A stretch of DNA of 64,000 bases from NCBI GenBank assembly GCA_951804945.1, contig OX638150.1:51150001-51214000 (forward strand), in the 5' to 3' direction. The translations under genes and the position numbers were made by a program. Positions 37,249 through 52,000 of the stretch are shown here, piece after piece; within the stretch, counting starts at the first letter, position 1; every line of letters begins with the position of its first letter. The notes below the pieces were generated by a model. It worked only from the letters and a program-made list of their open reading frames with translations. It did no database searches and was not told the origin of the DNA. The DNA is from Podarcis cretensis (taxonomy: Eukaryota).

Positions 37249-40200
37249 TACAAAGACAGTTTGCTTTACCCTGAGCATTCCTAATTTAACATTGTCATGG
37301 GGGACGGTCACCTTCCAGTGTCTAACACAAGGCTTAGTAGCAATGCAGTTCGACCCTTCAGTACCCAGCCAAGGGGCTTTCATGGTCCAGCTGTCAGCAG
37401 ACAGTTCCTCAACTCAATGCCACTTGGGCCCTCATATGAGTCTTGTGTGCCGTATGATTACCTGAGAATACGGAGAGAGTGTTCCAAGAGACTAGAAGTG
37501 ACAGGAGACCAGAGACAAGCCACGAGGGAGTGAAGAGCGAGGAAAGAAAGAGAGTGGGGGGGGGAAATGATTACAAGCTGACATGACTGCTCAAGGCCAC
37601 AGCACAGTTCATCTTCCCGCAAGTTACTGTCCACTTAGCAAGACCTACAACCTTATTAGAGCTGTCAGGGGATTGAGAAAACCTGGGAGGGAGACTCCAA
37701 AGTTAACACAAAGGAGGAGCAAACGTGTGTGTGCACGTGTGCGCGTGCGCATGTGTGCATGCAGCAGGAGTCCTCACTGGAGTTCCCCATCTTTCAACGA
37801 ACAACCCACCCTAAGCTCCAGCCTTTTCCCTTATTGCCTCCACATTTAGCAGTTGTTTTTTTAAGCTCTACATGTGAACAAATATGGGTTTAATATACAA
37901 TAGAACATAAGATGGCACACCCAAGACTACGGATATTATATTAAACTCCATAGGATCCTGCTTTCACTACTGTAGGGGATCAGCACATATCATAAAGGAT
38001 GAGTCTAGCATGGCAGATGCCATCAGTATGAGACATGAATCTGGCCAGCATGAGCACCACATATTCCATGTATCAGACTTATGCATGCTCATTCAAACAT
38101 GATAAAGATGCCGTCCTTTAGCAATTCCACTCCACCTTCATTCCTTTTTTACTTCTTTCTCAGGGAAAATGAATGCCTGCTGTGGTTCTGACCCACCCTG
38201 CAGGTTCATATTGAACTGCTGCTTCTCCTCTACAAAATACAAAGTACTTTTAGCACATACAGTGGTACCTCAGGTTATGGACTCTTCAGGTTACGTTACA
38301 AACGCTTTAGGTTATAGACTCCGCTAACCCGGAAATAGTACTTCGGGTCAAGAACTTTGCTTCAGGATGAGAACAGAAATCGCGCAGTGGCAACGGGAGG
38401 CCCCATTAGCTAAAGTGGTGTCTCAGGTTAAGAACAGTTTCAGGTTAAGAACAGACCTCCAGAATGAATTAAGTTCTTAACTCGAGGTACCACTGTATTC
38501 ACAAGAGGAACGCTTGTGAAAGCAAGAGTGAAGATATGAGGTCCCATTCCTTTTTGGAAAGCTCACTCCTAAGGCTTTCCAACTGCAGCAAATGAAGCAA
38601 CACTCCCGACCCGGCCTGGCTGCAGTGCACTCAATAGAGGATCAAGAAGAGCACAGTTCAGTGCAAACATGTCAGGAAATCTGCAACTGCAGGCACACCA
38701 TCTCTGAGCCCTGCAAAGTGAGGCTTCCATGAATAAGGGAAGAATGTGCATGCTATACCTTTAAAGCACATTTCCCTCCTCAAAGTATTCTGGGTGCTGG
38801 AGTTTGTTGAGGATTGCTGGAAGAAACTGTGGGCTTATCCATGCATCCGCTTGTCCCGCTGCTTTCTCCCTGCAAAAATCTGCTCTTTGCCACTGAATCA
38901 GAGCCAATGTCGATCGGGTTTTGCACAGGTTGACATTTGCTCCGATTCAAAGCAGGTTTTCCTGGGGAAAGCAGTGTGGCAAACAAAAAATCGCCCGGAC
39001 CTGTGCCTAGGAGGAATGGGAAACACATAAAACCTCTTGGATCCATGGTTTCTAGGCATGGGACAAGCAAAGTGTGGACAAGCCCTGTGTGTGGTACAAA
39101 CTATAGTACCTAGAATTCTCTTTTACATATTTTTTTTCCACAAAATTGTGCATTTTATCCTTTCTCATTTTTGTATGCATCTTATTCTAAAATGCACAGT
39201 TTTGTTCACATTTTATTATAAAATATGCATTTATGCCTGCATTACGGCACTTTTTAAAAAAACAACTAGGAACTGTATCACAAAATTTAGAGAATCAAAA
39301 AATCTATAGTGAATCAGTGAGCACCTCCATACTTCTGCACATCTGAAAAGAAGGCCCTGGCTTGTTTGCCTCATTTTCTGCTTCAAGGCTATTGTGATCC
39401 CCATGCTTTTCCAATCTTCAGTGAGGTTTGGACATATGAAGACAAAGCTGAAGGGAGCTCCTTGGATGTGTTTGACACTGAGGGATAAGCCTTAGGAATT
39501 GTTCCTCAAATAACTCTGTACTTCTCACAGTACATTTAAGTAACTGGATCTTCATCACTTACCCCTGAGTAGACCACACAGACTATGGGTGGTAATCAAC
39601 TAAGCTTTACTCAGAGGAGACTCACTAAAATTAATTAATATAACTATGTATGGCCATTAATTTCAGTAGGTCTACTCTGAGAAAAACTTAGTTGACCCCC
39701 CCCCAACTGGAAGGTGTTGTGCTTTCCCCATCTATATCCCTGTAGCAAGGGATGGAACCAGTATACTCAGAGCAGGCCTTACATGGACATTTTCTGTATA
39801 CTGAGAAGGTGGCTACTTAGCAATAACAAATTTGGATTTTGCTTTTGGTAAGTGTAAGAAAAATGTATCGTGACTCTCAAACAACTCAATCAAAATGAAT
39901 AGGGTTACAGCACGGTTGGGGAACATGGAAGTCCAGCATCCGGAGGGCTATGAGTCCCAGCAGCCCCAGCCAGCATGGATGATGGGACTTGTATTCCAAC
40001 AACATCTGGAGGTTCCCCAGATCCACAGCTATAGTTTATAGAGAAGTCTTTCTACCGCAGACCTTGCTGGCTCCCTACGTCCCAGGTGAAATGGCTAAGA
40101 AGCTGTACCTCCCCATAGCTATATCTCTCCAGCGTCTCGTCCGATGTGTATCTGTGATAGGGCTCATAGGAAATGAGGTCAGGGCGCTGCACCTCGTAGA

Positions 40201-42023
40201 TGGCTTTAATCTTGGGAAGAGCGGCCAGGTCTTTGTAATTAAGGATCTCATTATCCACTTTAGCCTAAGGAAAGGGAGAGACAGAGACAGAGACGCGAAC
40301 ACAAAGAGAAAGGTAAAGAAAGGGGAACTGGGGGTGCAAGGGTAAGAAGGGGCAAGTTGGAATAAACAGGTTGAAGGCATCATCAGAACAAATGGAGCCA
40401 GGTTGTTACCAGACGTGAGAAATGGGAAGGATTGAACCTTGGAGGAGGTGACAGGGGTTATCCTAGGTAGATGAGGCAACAGTGGGAAAGGAGAATGCGG
40501 GCCAGGATTGGAATCAGTGCCATGAATTGCCTTGGCTAAATGCATCTGAACCCTTTGAGTCAGATGATGCTCAAAGAAGCCATATCAGCATCAGGGCCCT
40601 TTGGCAGTAAGGCATTCAAGGACTTGGTGTAGACATCTTGGGCTGAAACTGCCAAATGTTTGCCTTTGTTCCCAGTCCATAAGAATCCATTTCTCAATGG
40701 CTACGTGGGTGCATTAGATGATCACTTCTTTTCAACTTTCCTGGGATTGCGTAAGGGCATGTCTTCCCAAGCTTCACCTGTAGGAGCTGCAATGCCCAGT
40801 CCTCCAGCCACTACATGGCCTGCTTCAGCCACAGAATTGTACTTACACAGATGACTCTGTTGGGGGAACCAATGCTTGAGCCAGGTGGGGAGATGGATGT
40901 TTCTGAAGTTCTTCTGTGCTGTGTAGACAGAAAAGGAAGGAATGGTTGCAAATGAAGCCAGCCTTCCTTCCAAAACCTGGTCCCCTCAAGATGTTATTGG
41001 GCTACAGCTCCCATCATCCTTGACCACTGGCCATGCTGACAGGGGATGATGGAAGTTCGAGTCCAACAACATCTGGAAGACATGTTGGAGAAGGCTGAAT
41101 TAAACCTTCCTTGTCTCTTGCTAATCAGCCACACTGAAGACACAGTTCAGCCATCCCTAACCTGAGTGAGTTGTGCATCTTTAGTAAAGGCAAATTGGTA
41201 ATCTACCTGACTATATTCCTTCTGCTTAAAAAGCCATAATTTCTGTAATTTTGCTGCACTTTGACTGCAGTTTGCAGGAGGGAAGAAGATGTTGTCTATG
41301 ATTATGTTTTCTTTAGTAGTACATGAGAGACGCAGGGTGCTGGGAGGGACACTCTGCCTTTCATAATGTGTAGTTATGCTTGAGACTCTAAAGGCATGTT
41401 GCACAAGGTTTTCGTTGCTGCACTGAGGTGCACTGAATCATGTCACCTGATCCCTGCAAGCCGTGTAGCAGTTTGGCCAATTCATGCACCAACCCAAGCT
41501 AATTGACCAGAATAAATGGCTGCTCTTCCCCTCCAAAGTCACTTTGGAGCAATATTTTAGGGGTGATGATGAAACAATGTGAAATCAAGAGACAAGTCCT
41601 TGCATCTCTTGCAGTATCGCTTATAATCTTTGGTGTCTAGGAATGCAATGATGAGGCATCCCATCTGGAGTCCTGTCCTATTCTGACCACTGTTTCCAGA
41701 ATACAAACGGCCTTGGCCCAGTATACCCAAAGTAGCATCTCCACCCCCATCTTCCAGCTCCGAGGGCCTTCTGGCGGTTCCCTCACTGGGAGAAGTGAGG
41801 TTACAGGGAACCAGGCAGAGGGCCTTCTCAGTCGTGGCACCTACCCTGTGGAATACCCTCCCATCAGATGTCAAGGAAATAAACAACTATCTGACTTTTA
41901 GAAGACATCTGAAGGGAGCCCTGTATCAGGAAATTTTTAATGTCTGATGTTTTACAATTTTTATATGTGCTGTAATCCGCCCAGAGTGGTTGGGGAAACT
42001 CAGCCAGATTGGCAGGGTACTAT

Positions 42024-42056
<33 letters not shown>

Positions 42057-45000
42057 AACTACAAGAACAGTTCTAGCTAAGCAGGAGATATAACTCACTG
42101 CCAAGAGTCTGACCCCAATCTTGCTGAGTTTTATTTTCTTGACAAAATGCAAAGTTCTGAGGCCAACCCACTCAAGTGGTGATTCAGTTCCTGGAATAAG
42201 AGTTTAGCTCTGTTTTGATTTAGAGCATGGAAATTTAAAATAAATATTTAAAACATGGGAATTCAAATCTAAGGCAGAATTACTGGATCATACCAAAGAC
42301 CCATCTAGGCTAGCATCGTGTTTTCACAGATGCCTAATAGATGCCCAGGGAATGTTTGCTAATAGCACCTCAGTGCAACAGCAGGAATACTCAGCCCATG
42401 TTTTACCTACTGTTGATTTTAATAATCTTTTGACTGTTTTAAAATAACCATTTAAACCTGTTTTTAGTGATAGTTTTAATATTTTATGTTTTTGTAAACA
42501 ACTTAGAAGGTTTTTTTATTTTGCAATCAAGCAATATGTAAATGTTGTTAAGCAAACAAAATTAACTAAGAAGCAGGTAACAGCCTCTTTGGTAGAGAAG
42601 CCTGGACAGGAATCTATGCCCAAGAGTTGCATTTGCATTATAGCCAAAACAAGAAAGGTGGCAATTGGATAAAGAGGATGCTGAGAGCCATTTCATAATG
42701 CATGCAGGGACTGTGCTTGCCAAGGATGCACCAGCTATTATGCTGGTGTTCACAGCTGTGCATCTTCAAACATGCACCTGACATGTACCAAAGAGCCAGG
42801 GTCAGGATATTCCCATTTGGATCCTTAAGCATTTGGATACTTTTGTGTGTGTGTACATGATTATAACAAATGCTGGTGCAGATGTAGACAGTGTAACAGC
42901 TGTGTACAATATAAAGTGGTTCAAGACTATGAAGATAGGAGAAACAAGAAATAAGTCCACAGTCAGTCTGTACTCCTTGGTTAAAGCTTCAAAGCTTCAA
43001 AGTCTGTAATCTTAGTTCAAGTGTATATATCCCTGTAAAATCAAAGCCTTTGGATGCTAAATTTAAGGCTTCCTCTCCTTTTGCAATTGCTTTGTAGAAG
43101 GGCTATGACTTTCAAAGCAAGTAAATAAATGAACTGGCTATCTTCCAGCCTCTAATAATATATTTCCACTTGAGGAACTCCCCCAGCCAGCCGTTGCCAA
43201 AATTCTCCTTCCCGTCCAATCCCAGCTCCATCTTACCTTTAACTTTTTTTCTGCTCGTGCTGCTTGTTTGCAGATAGGATGCCATACTTCTGAACCTGGA
43301 ACAGAGCAGAAGGTGAGGACTGCAGTGCTGTCCAGCTGTGATTCTGATTTACATAACATTACCCAGGCTCATCAAAACAATACTCCTGAAAGCTTCATTG
43401 CTCCTTGCTCCTGACCCTATTACTGTTCTATCCTGCTGCAAGGTGATCTGTTCATTTTACCCATCTGGTTCCTATTATTGAGGTCCTAAATCTCTTTGTA
43501 CCAAAAATTCCACTTGGACTTGAACATTTTCAGCAGCAAGCTTATTGGCACATCCAGCATTTGTATCACCCTTCTTTCAACACTGATTAGAACTTTGATA
43601 GTTTTTGCTTGGAACTAAGAGGATGGTAGCAAATTCATTCCACTCATTGTGTGAATTGACAGAAGATTTCTACTAGCAAGGGTCATGTCCATTTCTGTGA
43701 TTACATGTGTGGCATGTTCCAACTTTGTAACACTGAAAGCAACCATGTAACATTGAAAGAAGCCATCTGGTCTAACACTCTGCCACAAGGCAGGACCATC
43801 CAATCCCAATCCTGCAATTTGTGCAATCCCCACGCCAGGTTGCAATAAGCAGAGGGCAGATGCAACTGCAGTAAAATGCCTCGAGAGCAAAAAGTTTGAC
43901 TAAGTCAAACGAGAGCACAAAAATGTTATATCTGTATTAAGGGAAGACAAGTAGTTCCTCCTACTGTATGATGGCTATATGTAAGACAAAGGGTTGGAAA
44001 CTCGGTTAACAAACTGGGTATTGGTCCTGGATGCCAGTACAGAAGGAAATGAAGATCAGCAAGGTTATATGCAATTCCACCCCCGTAAGGCGCGCTCTGG
44101 AGTGGGAACGGAGTTGGTCAAGGCAAGTAGTTGACGGAGAAGGGGAAGGCCCAGCAGCCTCAGAAGAATACAGCAGTCTGCTTACTGAACCCAGAAGGCA
44201 AGGCCTTCCCCGTCTAGCTGGCAATCTCCACTTGAGGAGAGAATCCTTGCCCTGGCTTCTCCTCTTCACCTAGCAACATAACTGGCACCATTGTCTGTGG
44301 CAGGTTGTAGCAGAAGGCTGCAGCAACAGACAGCACTAAAGCAATGCTAAGAGAGAAAGCAGTGGATCAAATACATCAAACAGAGAAGTCTTCAGGGTTC
44401 CCTAAGAATCCAGGGCTAGTTCTGAATAAGGCAGTCCAGAAAATACAATGCAAGACAATTCAATAAAACCACCTTGGGTGTTTGGGCAGAAAGGCAGTAC
44501 ATCAATATATTAAATACATAACATCAATTCTCAATTGGATATGGGTGGCCATTTTAGAGTGAAATTCAGGTTCTCTTCCCCTCACTCATCTGCTTCCCTA
44601 TAGCAGGGAGGAAAGAGACATGCTTTCAGACTTAGAAGTGATGCTGCATGCCATTGATTTTTATTGACTTTCCTAAGATCTTTTCACCTTAATGGTGTGG
44701 TCAAAGGAACAAACTATCAGCTGGTGCTGAAAAGGAAGGATGCTAGGAAGAGACACAACACTTGTACTGTAATATGATTCCGCTTGTTTCAAATCTGTGG
44801 CTGTATCATCCTCCCATGGACATTTTACTATTGACCTAGGTCTCAGAGCTGACTAGTCCTGGCTGCTGGTAAAGGTCAGGATAAGATTATAGCTGTTGTT
44901 GTTATTCTTGCATGCTATCTACCCAGCAATTCATAGACATCGTCCATCATCCAACCTGCCAGACGGATACCTGGAAAATGTATAACACTGCCATAGGCTC

Positions 45001-45966
45001 AAAGAGAAATCGGAATGGGTTGTCCTTGCAGACAGCAAAATACTACCATCATAATGGATGGAGTCCAGCAGAAAAGTGGGCACCTGTTTTACCAGCTTGA
45101 TAAGATTTGTGTTCAGGACTTGAAAAGATTAACTTCCTCCTCACCCCAGTTTTTCCCTTTTTCTTTTGCTGTACAACTGATTATTATTGAGTGAGGGAAT
45201 AGGAGAAGTCAAAGCATAGACCTTGTTCTTGTAGCAGCCTTAGAAGGTCCTATGGGTGATGGGGGAAATCACGTCAATAGCTTTCCAAGAGTTGCAGACC
45301 AAATCATCAAACTGGTCATCATCCTGGTCTGCAATCCAGGAAGACCAGAGATCAGCATGTACTGGGGATCAGTGCAAGGAAGACTGTAGGGTTTGGCTAC
45401 ATCAGAGCTACTGGTTTGTCCAGTGGGCAACTAACTAGCTTTTCCCAAAGAAAACATTAACTTGCCCCCACCCCATTTCCCCACTACCTGTTGCAACATT
45501 ATTTTTGTGAAGATGCAAATGCACATATAGGTTTCAGGATGTTTAGAAACATATTGCTACACTCTCTCCACTTCTCAAGCAATAAGAAGCTTCAAGGATG
45601 CAGTACTACCTGGGTTTGGTTTCCTTTGGAAGGAAATTCCTGGAGGCTTCTTAGAGTTTTGCAATAATTGTATTTATTTACAAATATACAGGTTGGTCAC
45701 AGGTGGAGATTCAGCTCAAACACTCCAAAGGACAGCCAAAGTCTACTACTCCCACATCAGATCTCCAGAAATGAAGTCAGGAGCCCAGTGGCGTAGTGTG
45801 GGTTGTCAGCACCCGGGGCAAGGCAAGTAATTTGCGCCCCCTAACCCGTGGATTTGCGCTCCCTAACCCTAACCCCCAGATGTTGCACCCAGTGCGGCCG
45901 GCCCCCCTGCACCCCCCACGCTACGCCACTGCAGGAGCCTAAGGTGCTCATAGAACCCAAAGTCAG

Positions 45967-46003
<37 letters not shown>

Positions 46004-49000
46004 AAAATGCAGTTTCTCTTCACATACAGACACCTCGGGAGCTTCCAGACTGTTGCAATTTTGTAGGTGGGATTCAAATGCATGCCGGTAAATTGAGGTC
46101 ACACAGTTAAGTGGATTTGGAGCTTCTTGGGCAACAAACCCTCTTCTCCCACAAAACCAGCCTTTTTGCAGTAAGGAAAATAACAGAGAATCGCACTGGA
46201 AAGTGTAGAATAACAACTGCTTGATACAATGTCATTTAACCAGTGGTGTGTGGTCAGTGGACTAGGGGGACCAGGTTGGTTCCCTAAATGTTCCCGGTAA
46301 ATTAGAGTGTTGAAGTATTAACGCCTGGTGCCTCCTTCCCAAAGCCCAGGAAGCTTCTGCCCGGCTTAGGGAGGGAGGCATGACGCTCACACGCATGGCA
46401 TTGGGACATTGGGGTATTGCACGTATGACGTTGGCATCCCACCCTATCGTCCTCATAAGCTGGTGCCTCTGGCCCTAACTTTTCCCCTACAAAAAAATTC
46501 ACCAAACACCACTACTGCATCTAACCTCTCTGCAGACAAATCAGAATGCTCAATATACAGCCATCATATAAACTTTTGTGCACATCAATTAGGATGAATG
46601 CTCAAGAAACAAGTCACCTTTGGAAGTAACTGTAGATTATAGCATCCTTACATAAAGTGGAAGAAAGGAGAAATATCTTTTTTTCTAGATATTTCTAAGA
46701 ACAACCAGGCAATCTTCATAACAAAGGGAAGTTCCTTGTCAGCTCTGCCAGGCTAATTAAGGCAGTCTCCAGCAGTTAATTTGCCCAGCTCCTCAGCTTA
46801 CAACATGGGAGAGAGAACACCTTCTATTTCCCAAGACATGTTTCTATAAATCAGACTCAGTGGCGTAGCGTGGGTTGTCAGCACCCGGGGCAAGGCAAGT
46901 AATTTGCGCCCCCTAACCCGTGGATTTGCGCCCCCTAACCCGTGGATTTGCCCTAACCCCAGATGTTGCGCCCAGTGCGGCCGGCCCCCCCTGCACCCCC
47001 CACGCTACGCCACTGATCAGACTTGCTCTGAACAGCCATTAATGTGATAAGTAGACATTTATCATCCTTCCTCTATTGTATTGGAAATGTATCCTAAGAC
47101 AGAGGTGCGCATAAAGCTGCTGATAGGAAACATAGGAAGATGCCTTATACTGAGTGAGACCATTGGTCCATCCAGCCTAGGACCATCTACACTGTCTGGG
47201 ATTTCAGGCGGGGAGTCTTTCCCAGCTCTACCTGGAGTTGGCAGGGATCAAACTTGTGACCTTCTGCATTGAAAACAACTGCTCTACCATGGAGGTACAG
47301 CCCTTTCCCTGAAGCGACGGGAATAATGTAAGTAGAGAACCCTGCTTAAGAAGAAGGTGTGGGGAAAGGAGATAGAATTCAGGGACAGAAATGAAGTTGG
47401 GAATGAAATCTTGGCTGATTTAGCCCCATGCGGGGGAGATGCGCTCAGACAGAATTGGAGTAAAAGAATGTGAAAGCCAATCCTGATCTTCTCATGGCCA
47501 TTCAACTCATCCCCTCCCAGCCACAGAATGAATAATTATTTTCCACAGGCAGAATTCCACCCACCTACACTGTATCTGTATATGTTTCCGCCTCTTGGCA
47601 CAACGTTTTTGAGGGCTGTGGTCACCATAGCAACAGGATCCTCTCATGGGCTGGAGGATCAGGCAATGATGGCCAGGTGTAATGCATGGAGGAGTTGCTC
47701 TTTCTCCACTCCCCCATCATAGTGGTTGATGGGCCAATGTGACACTAATGGCACTTCAGCTCCCCCACAATGAAGCAAACATCAATTGCCACCCAACATA
47801 GACAACAGCCCCTCCCTAAGCCAACTACTCCAGCAGTGCGAGGGTGGGAAGTAGCTAACCCTGCAATTAACACAGACAGACACAGGGTAATTAGTGACTC
47901 AGGGTGACGAGCACCTCAAGGTTGTCTAAGGGACAAACACTCCCCCCACCAAAGCTGAAAATAGACCCATAAGGGGAAAGACACCCTAAGCTCACATTGA
48001 GACCCAGTAATTATTTATCTCTTCCTCTTTCAAGGGCACGTACCACCACAACTTCTCGAGTGATCTGAACTTGTTGCAAACAGGAAATGCAAATAAGTTG
48101 GCCTCAGGGCTTCGTCATGTGGCCTCTCAACACGGGTCTCCGTGAAACAGGATTGATTAACATGAAATCTCTGCTTCTCACAATGCATCGTGAAGATTAA
48201 TAAATTCATCTCTAAGAAAATGTGGAGTGCCCAACACTCAAGCAACATTCACAACACCCTTAAGGAATTTTAGAAGCTCCAAGTTTTGAATACCAAGGTT
48301 GTGTATGAGGCTGGGAGAGAAGTAGACAGTCCACTTCAGAGTGAGACCTTTCGCCCCAGAAGCTGGTGTTCCTACCTGTGAGGTACATCTCTTCCCCTTC
48401 TGTGAACATCTGGTGACAACGCACACATCTGGCACAAGTGGGGTGATAATGCTTCCCTCCTGCCTAAACAAATGAATGAGAGAAAAGAAGATCATCAGGC
48501 AATCAGGTCTAGTCAACTTACGTTTCGACAGCACTCTTGTAAGAATTATTTTATTTGTTTATTATATCTCTTAAATCTTGACTATTGCCTAACATCCCCC
48601 TGCATCACCACAACACATCAAAATGTGGTTTACAGAAAGAATAAAGCAGCCATCACCAACAACATAAAATATCATCACCAAAACAATTCTGAAGTTTGGC
48701 GGAACCAATTTTTTTTTTTTTTTAAAAATGGTTCCTTAAAGCTATCAAGGAAGGGGCCCTGTGGCTAGATCAATGAAGAGAGTCCCAAGGTTAAATAAGG
48801 AGCCACAACCAAAAAGGATCTACTCCTAGGAGACAACAATCAAGGAAGAGTCCCAGAGGAGTGATGCTCTAAAATAACTTGATCTCTAGGTGGGAATCAC
48901 AATCTGAAATACTTTAGAAAACTCAAAACCAGCACTTGGAAACTAAGGGCCAATTCCATGTTATGTTAAACACAAGGCTAGTCCTTGAGCACATATTATT

Positions 49001-52000
49001 TCTTGCAGAAATAGCCAGCACTGACCAGCTCCAGTTCAGATCAGGACTGTGGTGTGTGGTGCTGGTGGCTGTGGGGGCTCTTTAACCCTTTGACCCCCAC
49101 TGTGGTCCCAATCCAGACTACTCCCCCATGCCTGCAATTTTCATGGCAATAATAGCTGTCAATGGCCACTAGTTATGATGGCTCTGATGCCTCTGAATAC
49201 CAGTCACTGGGGAACAACAGTGGGGTGGGCTAGTCATCTCATTGCCCACTGCGAGAAACACAGTGCAGGGTGTTTCTTTTTTAATTCCAGTGCCAGAGTT
49301 CCAGGGCTCATCCACACTTCTACTTGCCCCACTACTTTCCCTTGGGAAAATCCACTGTTTACCGCTGAATCAGAGCAAATGTCAACTGGGTTTTCTCCAG
49401 ATTGATGTTTGCTCTGATTTAGCATGAAAGAGTGTGTTCTCCAGGGAAAAGTGGTGGGGCAAAGGCAAAACCACCCAAACTTATGCCTAGAAAGTACAGG
49501 ACAAGTGGAAAACTACTTGGACTCCTGGTTTCTGGACACAGGAGAAGCAGAAGTGTGGACAAGCCCTGAGTTGCTACTGAAGTCCACTATAGCTTAGCAC
49601 TAGATGCTGCCTTTTACACCTAGCAAATGGAGTACCTGGACATCAGAATGGCAGGTAGTCACTGAAACACAAAGTTGGTTCTTCAAACTCAGAATTCTGC
49701 ATTAGTCTTTGACCTAATCTATGGGGTCATTCGAAGATTACAGAGGGAGAGAGCTTATAGGATCCACCCTAGTGATAGCTCTGTGACAAAGAAAGCCCAC
49801 AAGCTCAGATCTGTCACACTGAATAAAAGGGTAATCTTTTCCCACCAACTTTCAGCTTATGTCAATCCAGTGACTTTGCTAGAGTTGGGCAGGGTGACAA
49901 GTCACAGCACAGCCAAGCCCAGGGTGTCATCCTAGCTGTGAACTACCACTGGAATAGTGTGACATTCTTGTTTTACAAGCTGTCACTAAACGAGCCATCA
50001 TCATCTGGCGATGCTGGACAGATCTGGCACTGAGCAATGGCTGCAATGAAGTTGAATGTTCAAGTCTATGCTGGATGAGCAAAAGCGGAAGCCATGTTTG
50101 CTATCTGAGTATTCAGTCCTGATTTCTCTTGAGAGGGCAACTTTTATTTTTCTGTTGCCTTCAACAGGATTAGAAATAGCAACCTACTATTTCGCCCACT
50201 TGTGATGTAAGAAGGCTGTTCTCCCTGCCCTTTAAAACAAGGATAATAGGCTTAATTGGTAGCTTGCTTCCATTCAAAAGTGTCTGCTAGGATTTCAATT
50301 ATAGGCTCACTTGCAGGGCTTCAGAGCTCAGATGCAGCCACTGGTTTAACTTGGTGCAATCAGCCCCATTCTGTGCAAAGCACTGCTCCCAAAGGGACAT
50401 TTTACAGCAGCAGCAGCAACATAATAATAATAGAAGGAAGGATGAGGGATTGTTGAAGGGTGTGGGGAGGGGGAAGGATAGTGAAGGCTTTTAATTAGAG
50501 AAGGGACTTTTAAAGCTAAAGCCAGCATTAAAACCAGTAATGGCTTTCCTAAGAAAGGGCCATGTGAGTCTCGCAAGACATAGTTACCAGTTAGGCTGTC
50601 AGCATAGCAATCAAGGGATGGTGACCAGTTTTGCCAACCATTGGTGGGTACTATCCACTGGGAGTGGTAGACGGATCAAGAGGCCAACAGATGGTGGCCC
50701 AGGAGCCACTGGCAGGTGCGATCACAGCCACTGGCAGGCAGAACTAATCGGTCCTAGTTCTGCCCCCATTCTCTTCCACCCTGCTGAGTTCTGCAAGGGC
50801 AACTCTGAGACTGAGGAGGAGGAAGTTGACAGCAAGGGCCACTCTCTGGCCTGGTTGTAAGTAAGAAGGCAGGAAGGGCGGGGGCTGGCTGAGGGCAGAC
50901 TGCGGTGGGTGGGACAGTGTCCCATTTGCCCTAATGTACTTCATGGCTTGTCATTTCTGCCTGAATAATTGTTGCACAAAAATGGAACAAAGCCCATTGC
51001 TCTCCTGTGATTGTTCAACTGCTTGCCTATTTTATGGAGTTGCCGGGCCCCTGCCACAAAACCAGCCTTAGAGTTCAGTGATGATTAAAGGCTGGCCCAG
51101 CCAGCCCGTCAGCCCATAGTATGCATCCTGGGGTTGTTATCTGCACCAAGTCCTGTATTTCTTGAGATATGCCCTAGTGCTCAGGGTTTCTGAGTGCACT
51201 CATGGATGCGAGGGACAGAGCTTGCATGCACAACCCTGCCCTGTTCCCAGTTTGAGCCTGAACATTTTCAGCCAAACGCCTGAACAGGCCTGATGCCACC
51301 AGAGAATCTGGACACATGGGCAGCATCCACAATACTTAGTTAAATCCTGGGATGTCCTTCAAATGAAGACAGAGAGGCAATTCCTTCACCCACTTTGCAC
51401 CCACCTCTCCTCTTCACCCACCATGTGCACTGACAGCTTTTAAATAAGCATTTTTATCGACAATGTAAGTCCTGCTCTGACCCTCGCTGCCAACAGCCAA
51501 AGCCAGTTTACTTGGATGTCAGAAACCCCACTCTGTATTTTCGATTATACAGAAAATGCAGATAATTTTTATACCAAACACTTTTGGGAGTCAATTTGTC
51601 CTCAGTGCAAGCTAGGAAAGGTTGAACCTATTACTTTTGGTTTTTGTCAGTTTCTCATTTTTCTAATCTTAAATTCAGTCCCTGACATTTCCAAATCATT
51701 TTGCCCCCCCCCCCCCAGTGCTCCTGAAAATTCACCAGCATTTTCATGTGAATTTCTCATAACATACATAAACATGCAATTTGCCCCATTGTTATCACTA
51801 TTTTTTTCACAAAGCATTGTTCCCTATCACAGTGCGATTTTGTATATTATTTTCATTCAGTAAGTATTTTTATGCACACTTTATTCTAGAGTGTGCATTC
51901 TTGTGCACATTACTTGGCCAGAGAACTTTATTGTAAAATTCAAAGAAGTGCAAATTACAAAGGATGGCTGGGTTTCAGTTTGTGCATTGTTTCAGAAAGT

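Noticed and set aside
45836-46960. Interstitial telomere or chromosome-fusion scar
   Set aside because: The CCCTAA motifs are few and lie inside TIR/TSD-bounded MITEs, not in a telomeric array
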